DNA of 64,000 bases from Candidatus Latescibacterota bacterium (GTDB taxonomy: Bacteria > Latescibacterota > UBA2968 > UBA8231), in assembly GCA_965219385.1 (NCBI GenBank), contig CBDCNM010000002.1, positions 2,784,936 through 2,848,935 on the forward strand. The letters are read 5' to 3'. A program made the position numbers and the translations under genes. The notes under the pieces are model-generated. The model saw only the letters and a program-made list of their open reading frames with translations. It searched no databases and was not told where the DNA came from. Positions 21,000-29,335 of the stretch are shown one piece after another (the stretch's first letter is position 1; every line of letters starts with the position of its first letter).

Positions 21000-21280
21000 G
21001 CAATTGATATAACTGCCAGTTCCTTCATCCTCTCGCCCATGGGTCCGGGGGCGAGTTTGCCTAGTTTGGTGGGATGCATGCCGGCACCCATCACGGTATC
21101 CAGGATGAACGTAGAGAAGTCGGTGTGGCGGAAGGGCTCGATGATCTCGGGTATCACCTCGTCGGAATAGAAAACTTCGTCGTCCTTCTTGGCGATGATG
21201 ATTTTTTGCGGCGGCCTTTCCCATTCTCTCCTGACCTCCTCCTCCGATACGGGCACCAGCCGCACCCACGCCAGTCCGGC
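21000..21280 (-). pseudogene. Internal fragment of an unknown, possibly GH-like, gene
   Basis: Natural-looking sequence RLVPVSEEEV...KIIIAKKDD...IEPFRHTDF with no clear start or stop context. Confidence 0.4.
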
Positions 21281-21605
21281 GCGCGAATTTCCGTTCTGTC
21301 CGGCTTTGTTGCATAAAAACTGGCCGGGGCCTGTTTCCCCTGCCGCCGATGGGTTTAAGTCCCTTTGCCCACCGGATAGGATTCCGGTTTACCCCGATGC
21401 AGTAGCCGGTTGAGCAGAGCACAGCCCAACCGCGCTTCACACTGTTGGTGGGTTAGGGTGCGGGCACGCAAGGGGCCGCCCATGATCCGCTTGTCAAACA
21501 CTGAACCAACAGATCAAAGAGCAGAGTGCCGCGCTCGCCGATTGCGAGGCGGCCTATGACGCGCTATAGAGCACGTTGCGCGCGGATGGAGAGCGCAACG
21601 CCAGA

Positions 21606-22739
21606 TTAATAGCCTATCGGCAGCAGCGTCTGCTGGGGAGCGGCCTTGCTCTTGCGCTTTGCACTGAGGCCCTGCACTGCAAAACGATTGTTCGGTTCCG
21701 CGCTGTACTGGGCCACCAGCGTCATGCCGTCGGCCTCGCCGACAATTCCCGTAACTTCGTTTAGCAACAAGTCTTGTTCCTGAGCCGTCATTACTGGAAA
21801 TCCGTAATGGCGGCTCGCGTATTTCAACGGGCCGCTTTCTGCCGTGCGCGCGGCGGCCCACTCCGCGTGCCGAGCCAGCCGGGCGCGGTTATACTTGTTG
21901 GCGGCAGGGGGTGTGGAGCGCAGCAGGTTTTGCGCGACCGGCACCAACGTCTCGTCAATCTCCATGCCGATAGAGTTTCTTCCCGCTGTTAGGGCGGCTG
22001 CCAGCGTAGTTCCAGTCCCCGCAAACGGATCGAGCACCAAGTCTTCTTTGACGGAAAACATACAAATGAGCCGGTAGGCCAATTCAAACGGAAAGGCCGC
22101 GCTGCGCTGGCGGGTCGGTGCATCGACAAGCCCTTGCGAAGTTCCCTTTACATCGAACCACACGTCTGAGAACCAGACGTTGCGCTCCTCCCAGAAGAAG
22201 GCGCTCTCTCGGCGCTTGGTTTTCTCTACGACCGTTGTGAATGTTCGCCGGCGCCCTTTTCTAAGCACGAGGATGTACTCGTGCTCGTAGGTCACATACG
22301 CCCCTACAGGCAGCATCCCAGACCCCATAAATTTGTTGGGTGCGTTGGTCTGTTTGCGCCAGAGTATATCGGGCAAAGCCGCAAAACCCTGGCCGAGGAA
22401 GCTGCTGAGTATGCGGGAGTGATTGGAGTAGAGCTGGAAGTCGCCATCCAAGGTTCGGGTGGCGTCGCCGATGTTGACGCAGGCAATGGCCCCCGGCTTC
22501 ATAACGCGACAGCACTGCATCCACACTTCATCGAGCAGCTCGTGCATGAGCGCGAAAGCAGCTCCTCCGTTGCCGCGCGATAGTTGCGCCGCGATGCGAC
22601 CGTCTTGGAGCGCGAAAATCTCATCCCACATTTCCACCATCGGATAGGGCGGCGAGGTGACGATCAAATCGACCGACTCATCGGGGATTCTCGCCATGGA
22701 CTGGGCAGGGCCGCATATCAGCTTAGCGGTGGTTTGCAT
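21606..22739 (-). CDS. Site-specific DNA methyltransferase, beta class (probably N4-cytosine)
   Basis: Motif IV VTSPPY precedes motif I VLDPFAGTGTT; AAFPFELAYRLI; RBS gagga. Confidence 0.92.
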   Translation of the reverse strand: MQTTAKLICGPAQSMARIPDESVDLIVTSPPYPMVEMWDEIFALQDGRIAAQLSRGNGGAAFALMHELLDEVWMQCCRVMKPGAIACVNIGDATRTLDGDFQLYSNHSRILSSFLGQGFAALPDILWRKQTNAPNKFMGSGMLPVGAYVTYEHEYILVLRKGRRRTFTTVVEKTKRRESAFFWEERNVWFSDVWFDVKGTSQGLVDAPTRQRSAAFPFELAYRLICMFSVKEDLVLDPFAGTGTTLAAALTAGRNSIGMEIDETLVPVAQNLLRSTPPAANKYNRARLARHAEWAAARTAESGPLKYASRHYGFPVMTAQEQDLLLNEVTGIVGEADGMTLVAQYSAEPNNRFAVQGLSAKRKSKAAPQQTLLPIGY

Positions 22740-22788
22740 TGGTTCTATCCTCTATAAAAGTGTTGAGTGCACCCTATTCTGTCTCTAA

Positions 22789-23547
22789 GGATTGACGATG
22801 GAATTACTCGGCCGGAAGCAGTGGATAATTCCATTCAGGTAAATCCGCATCAAAAAGGATGCGCATCTGCTCTTTGATTTCCCGGGTTACTTTTCGTCCG
22901 GTCTGATAAACCTTATTCAGGAGGTGGACGCGCCCCCGTAACCCCGTTTTCGTCGTGGCCTTCGCCCTCAATTCTTTGACGCGCTTGATACCGGTAAAAA
23001 GGACGCCTTGACAAACCCGGTGCCCAGGGGGAAATAAGCGATGATCGATCGGGTTGTATTTGGACGTATAAGGAGGAAAATGAGCGACCCGAATAACCCA
23101 CCCGATTTCTTCGGCAAAGCGTTGCAGTGCCACTTTGAAGAGGACCCTCCGACCGCCGTTACGACCACCACGGTCGCACCGCATCAGGATCGAGGTGGCT
23201 TCCGGATAATCGTTGGGTTTGCCGCCTCCCCCTTTCCGGCGGATACGCGTTTGCGACCGGGCGTCCGGATCCTGCAAGTCACGAAGACCTTGGGTGATCG
23301 TATGGCGTTTACAGCCGAGCACCTCGGAAATGCAGGTGAGGCCGCCGCGACCCCGTTGGGCTGCTTCGACGGCGGCATATCGGCGGCGGTCTTTTTCCGA
23401 CAAGCTTTCGTAGAAAGACCGCATCTGCTCTTCGATCAGAGGAGGATAGACGGACATGGGAATACCTTCCAGAAGGAGGAATGATAAAGAAGGGCTTCAA
23501 AATAACGACCTTTCCAATCTTTGGCCAAATTATTAAATCGTCAATCC
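22789..23547 (-). mobile_element. Internally deleted ISAzo13-family insertion sequence
   Basis: Transposase N-terminus (LSEKDRRRYAAVEA, RIRRKGGG) fused directly to the C-terminus (AHFPPYTSKYNPIDHRLF, WNY); 11-bp TIRs GGATTGACGAT at 22789-22799 and 23537-23547; TAA direct repeat on both flanks. Confidence 0.9.
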
Positions 23548-23819
23548 TAACCCCTTGAACAGACATAGGACTTGTACCGGATTAAATCAAGGCATACCGG
23601 CCTGTATCGTCCAGTACGAGTTTATGGACACTTTTGCGACACCCAGATTAATATTTCCTTTCCTCGATTATCTCTATGTGGCCGGGCAAGAAATCTGTGT
23701 ACCATCTGGTAGCACAACCGGGTCTTCCAATTGGCTGCGCCTGAGGTGCTTGGACGAGTTTACATTGATTCTGGAGGGACCGCTCGAATTAACCGAGGAT
23801 GGTGGAAGAGGTGGGGTAC

Positions 23820-25760
23820 TCACATAAAGGTTATAAAATTCCCGCTCTCCCCCAGCACCCAGTCGACCACCAGCCAGAACCCACCCACGCTGGCCTCCCC
23901 GATGATCAGGCCCAGGAAAAACGGGCGAGCCGCCTTGAAGAGTTGACCCCCGCCGTACTTCAGGATGATCAACTTCAGCAGCCACGACACAAAGATCGAA
24001 AACCACACCCACCCGGTCAGCCAGCCCACGCTGATCACGAACCCCAGGGGGTGCAGTGGCCACCAGTAGAACCGGGTGTGCGCAAACATCAACAACCCCT
24101 CGATCAGGCCCCCGATCCCGGTGAATATAAAACCACGCACATCCGGCTCCGTGGCATTCATGATCGGCGGCACCATATCCGTGAACGGCCGCCGCGGCAG
24201 GCCGGTGGCGAAAAAACGCTGCAGGTTGATGCCTCCGTGGGTGTAGAACAATTCCAGGATGATCCATGTGGCCCCGGCCAGGCTGCACACCAGGGCCACC
24301 ACCATGGCCCAGAACACGATCCGCTTGGATCCCGGAATACGCTCGGCCAGTTTCAAGCTGTTGGCGATGGGGATCATGGGAAAGAGCCGCGTCTCCGACT
24401 GCCAGACATAGGTATAGGTCAGGGCCACCAGGCCCCTGGTGCCGATGATCGAGGTGCCCACCGTGGAAATCACAAAGTAGGCCGCCACCATGGTCACCCG
24501 CGTCGTCGGTACCCCGGCCGTGGCCACCACCCGCGTCATCATGATATAGAAGACCAGACACGCGCCCAGAAACAGCGGCAGCACCACCGGTGGAATGCCC
24601 GTGCTCCACAGCCATAGGGCAATCAGCAGCAGGCTGCAGAGAAAACCCCACAACGTCACCCGGTAGGGCAGCACCTCCTCGGAATCGTCCACCCCGGCAT
24701 TCTTGCGCCAGGTTTTGCGCCACACTTCCCGCAACTGGCCGCGGGCGATCCACAGCCCGTAGAGCACAAAGACCAGACACGCGCCCATGGCCTGGTGGGT
24801 CAGATCCGCGGTCTGGGAAGTCGAATACATGCTCAGCCTTTCGTCGCTGGATATGCCCAGGGTATTGAAGGTTCCCTCCTGGATCTTGCCCAGAAGATAG
24901 AAGAACCAGATGCTGAAGGTGATCTCCAGATTGACCAGGTAGAAAAATCCGATCCAGGCGTAGCTCAGCATCATCGGCCAGTAGACCGTGCCGTTGAAGA
25001 AATAATACCGCCCTATGATAAAGGGCATATCCGGGACAAAGGGGAAGTAGTGGTGCAGTCCCGTCAGACTGAACATGAAAAACGGCACCGCGAACCCTAT
25101 CCACATCACCTTGTTCCTGAACAAAGGCCGGATCCCCCTCAGCCCCTCCTCTTCGGGACCGATCATATGCAGGGGCACCTGGGCCATGGGGTAGGTCAGG
25201 CGCTCGTGGGTGGACCACTGCCGGTGCAGGATGGTGCTCATGCAGATCATCATGAAGCTGAGCACCAGAAAAAACCCGTACCAGTGCGCCAGGGGTTCGG
25301 CCCACACCTCCCAGGGAATGCTCTGCCCTGCGGGCAGGCCCTCGTAGAAGTGTTTGATGGCCTGGTAGTCCTTGGGCACCAGCCAGTCCGGGGTATGGGG
25401 CAGGTAGATCGCCTCCCACTGGTTTTCCGGGGTGGAAAAATAGGAAACCCCGCTGATGACCGTGATCAGGGAAGCGACATAGGGCATGGTGGGCACCGAG
25501 CAGGCCAGCAGCAGCATGATGTAGACCAGCACCAGGTCGGCCCGACCCAGCGCCAGACGCCGGCCGAGCAGGCCCAGCCCCACGTTGATGAACAGGGTAA
25601 AAACAAAGAACAGAAAGATGGCAGCCGGAGAAGAGATGTTCAGGGCCATCATCGAGCCCTGGATCATGAAGATGGCGTAGGGTGCGGCAATGCCGATGAA
25701 CAGGGAAAGCAGGGCTCCGACCAGGAGGCCCTTCAGGGTGAAGGGTGAAGGTGTGGCCAC
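23820..25760 (-). CDS. DUF6785/DUF6784-type polytopic membrane protein (OPT-like putative transporter)
   Basis: ~16 hydrophobic segments; QWSTHERLTYP, WWPLHPLGF, LKYGG, PFFLGLIIG motifs. Confidence 0.75.
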   Translation of the reverse strand: MATPSPFTLKGLLVGALLSLFIGIAAPYAIFMIQGSMMALNISSPAAIFLFFVFTLFINVGLGLLGRRLALGRADLVLVYIMLLLACSVPTMPYVASLITVISGVSYFSTPENQWEAIYLPHTPDWLVPKDYQAIKHFYEGLPAGQSIPWEVWAEPLAHWYGFFLVLSFMMICMSTILHRQWSTHERLTYPMAQVPLHMIGPEEEGLRGIRPLFRNKVMWIGFAVPFFMFSLTGLHHYFPFVPDMPFIIGRYYFFNGTVYWPMMLSYAWIGFFYLVNLEITFSIWFFYLLGKIQEGTFNTLGISSDERLSMYSTSQTADLTHQAMGACLVFVLYGLWIARGQLREVWRKTWRKNAGVDDSEEVLPYRVTLWGFLCSLLLIALWLWSTGIPPVVLPLFLGACLVFYIMMTRVVATAGVPTTRVTMVAAYFVISTVGTSIIGTRGLVALTYTYVWQSETRLFPMIPIANSLKLAERIPGSKRIVFWAMVVALVCSLAGATWIILELFYTHGGINLQRFFATGLPRRPFTDMVPPIMNATEPDVRGFIFTGIGGLIEGLLMFAHTRFYWWPLHPLGFVISVGWLTGWVWFSIFVSWLLKLIILKYGGGQLFKAARPFFLGLIIGEASVGGFWLVVDWVLGESGNFITFM

Positions 25761-25785
25761 TCAGTCCTCTTTTGTATTCAATATC

Positions 25786-26577
25786 TTACCAAACCTGCCG
25801 CACTAGCCGCGCTCCCAGGTCGGACCTTTGCGCATCCGGCTTGCCAAAAAAACGGGACGCAGAGCGCGCCCCCAGCGCCAAGTGGCCAAAGGATCCGCTG
25901 CGCGCTACCCGGCGAGCGCCCTGATCGGGGCCTTTGGGGTCAATCTGCCGCTCGCGGCCATAGACGCCCTCCCGATCCCACACCCACTCCCACACATTCC
26001 CGTGCATATCGTAGAGTCCCCACGGATTGGGCCATTTGGTGCCGACTGCATGGGGGTATTGTTCCTCCACCATCCAGCTGTTGTCACTGACCCAGGCATA
26101 ATCGCGCAGTTGCATCTCGTCGTTGCCGCAGGACCAGGGGGTCCGGGTGCCCGCCCGGCAGGCGTACTCCCACTCCGCCTCGGTGGCCAGGCGATACACC
26201 CTTTCGCCCTCTCCCCGGTTCAGACGCTGGATGAATTTCTGCACCTCCTTCCAGCTGATGTACACCGCCGGATGATCTGCTCCTTCCCGCACATACCTCT
26301 TCCCCTTCCACGGCTGCGTCTCCATCACCGCGTACCACTGTCCCTGGGTGATTTCGTACTTACCCAGGTAGAATCCGCGACTGATCTCAGCCTCGTGCTG
26401 TGGCCGCTCGCGTTCGTCCATCTGCCCCATCTCCGCCTCGTCGGACCCCATGGCAAACGAACCTGGCTCGATATAGACAAACTCCATCGACGCGCCACCG
26501 GGTAGTTTTACTGTCAGCTCGTCTCCACATCCCAGCGCTAAAACAGTGATCATCAGTATTACTGGTTCACCGCGCAT
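25786..26577 (-). CDS. Formylglycine-generating-enzyme-fold (SUMF1/PvdO-like) lipoprotein, probably non-catalytic
   Basis: Lipobox LALGC; KYEITQGQW, RLATEAEWEYACRAG, NPWGLYDMHGNVWEW; catalytic Cys pair absent after RSGS. Confidence 0.88.
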   Translation of the reverse strand: MRGEPVILMITVLALGCGDELTVKLPGGASMEFVYIEPGSFAMGSDEAEMGQMDERERPQHEAEISRGFYLGKYEITQGQWYAVMETQPWKGKRYVREGADHPAVYISWKEVQKFIQRLNRGEGERVYRLATEAEWEYACRAGTRTPWSCGNDEMQLRDYAWVSDNSWMVEEQYPHAVGTKWPNPWGLYDMHGNVWEWVWDREGVYGRERQIDPKGPDQGARRVARSGSFGHLALGARSASRFFGKPDAQRSDLGARLVRQVW

Positions 26578-28294
26578 CCCCTACCACCCCTTCCCCTTCG
26601 CGCACAACCACAAACCGATCCGCCGCAATATCCTCCATGGTATCCACCACCCCGCTGGGCCATTCTACTTCCAGCCGGTCCACCCGCTCGGCCTGCCCCA
26701 GGCCAAAATGAGCGCGGATATCATCCTGCGATATAAAATTGGAACCCGCGTGAATCTCCCGCACCTGGACCTGCGCACCGACCGCGACCCGCACCCTGGC
26801 GCCGATGCCATCGCGGTTGCTCTGACTCCCCCGCGTCCGGATCGACAACCAGTGATTGTCACCCGGGGTATCGTTGCGCAGCAAGGTGGGGGTATCGTTC
26901 AGATTGAGTACTGCGATATCGATATCCCCATCGTTGTCAAAGTCCCCCAGACTCGCTCCCCGGCTCACCTTCTCCACCTCGAGGCCCGGACCGGCGATGG
27001 CGGAAACATCCGCGAAGGTGCCATCCCCCCTGTTCCAGAACACGATATTCCTCTGAGGATACGAAGAGCCTTGGTCGAACTGGTCGATCTGGTGATAGAC
27101 GTGCCCGTTGGCCACAAAGAGATCCTCGCGCCCGTCGTTGTCCAGATCCGCAAAGCCGGCGCCCCAACCCACCTGTTTCCAGGTGGGGTAAAGCATCCGG
27201 GCCAGGGACGTGACATCTGCAAAAAAACCCTTGCCATTGTTCTGGTAGAGGGTGTTGTAGTCCTCTGCGAAGTTGGTGACGTAGAGGTCGAAATCCCCGT
27301 CGTTGTCGTAGTCGCCGAAGGCAGCTCCCATACAGGCCTGGGCTTCCCCATTGCCGAGGAAAGCCACCCCCCTCTCAACCGCTACATCCGAAAACCTGCC
27401 ATTTCCTTCATTCTGGTAGAGCATATTTCGGCCGGAATCATTGGCCACAAAGATATCCGCGTCCCCATCGTCGTCGAAGTCGTGGAACAACACCGCAAAA
27501 CCATACCGCCTGTCGCCATCCACGACCCCGGCCTTTTCGGTGACATCCCTGAAGGTGCCGTCCCCCTGGTTGTGAAAGAGGACATCCGCAGCCCCCTTCA
27601 GACCTCGGGGACCGTAGAATACCTTGATCCCGCGCCACATTCCCGCATCCACGGATACCGGCCGGAAGTTCATGTCGAAGTGGATGTAATTCGCCACGTA
27701 GAGATCGAGAAAACCATCCCGATCGTAGTCGCCAAAGGCACATCCCGTACTCATGCGCTGATCCGCCACGCCGGCTTGTTCAGCCACATCCCTGAAGGTG
27801 CCATCCCCTTCATTGCGGTAGAGCCGGTTGCGGCCGAAATTGGCGACGTAGAGATCCGCATCTCCATCGTTGTCGTAGTCCGCGGCCACGCATCCCATGC
27901 CCCAGCTGGTATCCGCCACGCCGGCTTGTTCAGCCACATCCCTGAAGGTGCCATCCCCCTCATTGCGGTAGAGCGCATTGCGCGGTTCCTGCCCGGCGGC
28001 AAACCCCTCGAGCTTCGAGCCGTTGATCACGTAGAGGTCCAGGTCGCCGTCGTTGTCGTAGTCGAAGGAAGCCATGCCGCCCCCCTTGGCTTCGACGATG
28101 TATTTCTTTTCCCGGTTGCCGCACACATTCTCCAGGTGCAGGCCGGCCTGTTCGGCAATATCGACAAAGTGGATAACCGGCGCCTGTGGCTCAGGGGCTT
28201 TTTCTTTCTGAGCAGTGCATGAAATCCAGAAAGGGCATCCCAGCATCCACCACAAAAGTTGGAGGCAGAAAGCGATCTTCACATCATCCCGCAT
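26567..28294 (-). CDS. CRTAC1-family protein (FG-GAP/VCBS repeats plus ASPIC/UnbV domain)
   Basis: Repeated DYDNDGDxDLYVxN; SNRDGIGARV...HFGLG...VEWPSG. Confidence 0.9.
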   Translation of the reverse strand: MRDDVKIAFCLQLLWWMLGCPFWISCTAQKEKAPEPQAPVIHFVDIAEQAGLHLENVCGNREKKYIVEAKGGGMASFDYDNDGDLDLYVINGSKLEGFAAGQEPRNALYRNEGDGTFRDVAEQAGVADTSWGMGCVAADYDNDGDADLYVANFGRNRLYRNEGDGTFRDVAEQAGVADQRMSTGCAFGDYDRDGFLDLYVANYIHFDMNFRPVSVDAGMWRGIKVFYGPRGLKGAADVLFHNQGDGTFRDVTEKAGVVDGDRRYGFAVLFHDFDDDGDADIFVANDSGRNMLYQNEGNGRFSDVAVERGVAFLGNGEAQACMGAAFGDYDNDGDFDLYVTNFAEDYNTLYQNNGKGFFADVTSLARMLYPTWKQVGWGAGFADLDNDGREDLFVANGHVYHQIDQFDQGSSYPQRNIVFWNRGDGTFADVSAIAGPGLEVEKVSRGASLGDFDNDGDIDIAVLNLNDTPTLLRNDTPGDNHWLSIRTRGSQSNRDGIGARVRVAVGAQVQVREIHAGSNFISQDDIRAHFGLGQAERVDRLEVEWPSGVVDTMEDIAADRFVVVREGEGVVGDAR

Positions 28295-28521
28295 TGATTT
28301 TCCGTTTAAGTACAGGCAAAAAAAAGGCAGGTCTGAAAACCCACCCTGTTCTTCGTCCAGACCAAAAAATAAAAAAACACACCTGCCTGGGGCAAGTAAT
28401 CTAGTGCGTTTGCTGTTTCGACCACACCTTGTTCACGGCGTCGTATTTGTGTACCATTCATACGCTCTCGTACAAAAAGGGAGTCGCCAAGTGGATCGGA
28501 CATGCACCCTAGGAGGTCGAG

Positions 28522-29283
28522 ATGAGTTTAGTTGCTGGCAAACCAAAAGTTCCTGGTGAAACCAAAGTGGTTGCCATTATGGGCGATTATTTTCACAATG
28601 CCGCGGCCCAGGAAATTTGCATCCGCAGGATATACGCAACGGCAGAGAACTGGCGAATCATATTTGTCCTGGCGAACCAATTTTTCACCCCCGAACTCAT
28701 CAGCGACGCCGACCTGTTCATCGCGGCGCGCTTGAGCGGGCCCGATACCATTGGCTGGAGGACGGAGGGCCTGGCGGAAGAACTGACAGAAGGAGACGAT
28801 TTCTGGACGGACGAGCACATAAAAGCGGTTGTCGACAATGTCAGCGAACGCGGTATGGGGTTCATGGCGCTGCACTGCACCATTGCCTGCGAGAACGAGG
28901 CCTTGCTGGACTTCATGGATACCGGCTACATACCCCACCAGGCAAAGCAGGATCTCTGGCTGCACAATTTGAATCAGGAACACCCGATAACCCAGGGGTT
29001 CGAAGACTTCAGAATTTCTCTCGACGAGCAATTCGGCGCTTCGTTGAAGTCCGACTCTTCCACTGCGCTTTTTGAAATGACGGGCGTGCAGGACAGGCGG
29101 GAAACCATCGGAGGGTGGTGCCTGGAGCGCGGCGCCGGCCGGGTGGTCGGGCTGTTGCCTGGGCACCTGCACTATGCCTATAGCGGCCCGGCATACCAGG
29201 AGATCATGTGGCGCGCGGCGCACTGGGCCATGGGGCGCAATATCCCGCTCTTTCCCGGGGTCTCGATCGGAAGATGGCCTTGA
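28522..29283 (+). CDS. ThuA-like (class I glutamine amidotransferase-like fold) protein
   Basis: GDYFH, GMGFMALHC, HPITQGF, DEQF, GAGRVVGLLPGH, AAHWA; RBS aggagg. Confidence 0.8.
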   Translation: MSLVAGKPKVPGETKVVAIMGDYFHNAAAQEICIRRIYATAENWRIIFVLANQFFTPELISDADLFIAARLSGPDTIGWRTEGLAEELTEGDDFWTDEHIKAVVDNVSERGMGFMALHCTIACENEALLDFMDTGYIPHQAKQDLWLHNLNQEHPITQGFEDFRISLDEQFGASLKSDSSTALFEMTGVQDRRETIGGWCLERGAGRVVGLLPGHLHYAYSGPAYQEIMWRAAHWAMGRNIPLFPGVSIGRWP

Positions 29284-29335
29284 TTTTCCCTTAGAAGGCT
29301 TCTTAAAAAGGGGGATGTCGACGGCTGTTGGCACC

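Noticed and set aside
23555..23819. Short ORFs between the IS and the membrane protein gene
   Set aside because: No recognisable motif or RBS in any frame I checked
25786..26577. FGE/CLec-fold protein as a DGR target or a true sulfatase-activating enzyme
   Set aside because: No template repeat or reverse transcriptase seen in the window, and the catalytic Cys pair is absent
26567..28294. CRISPR-like or DGR-like (TR/VR) reading of the spaced repeats
   Set aside because: The repeats are in-frame FG-GAP blades; there are no spacers, cas genes or reverse transcriptase in the window
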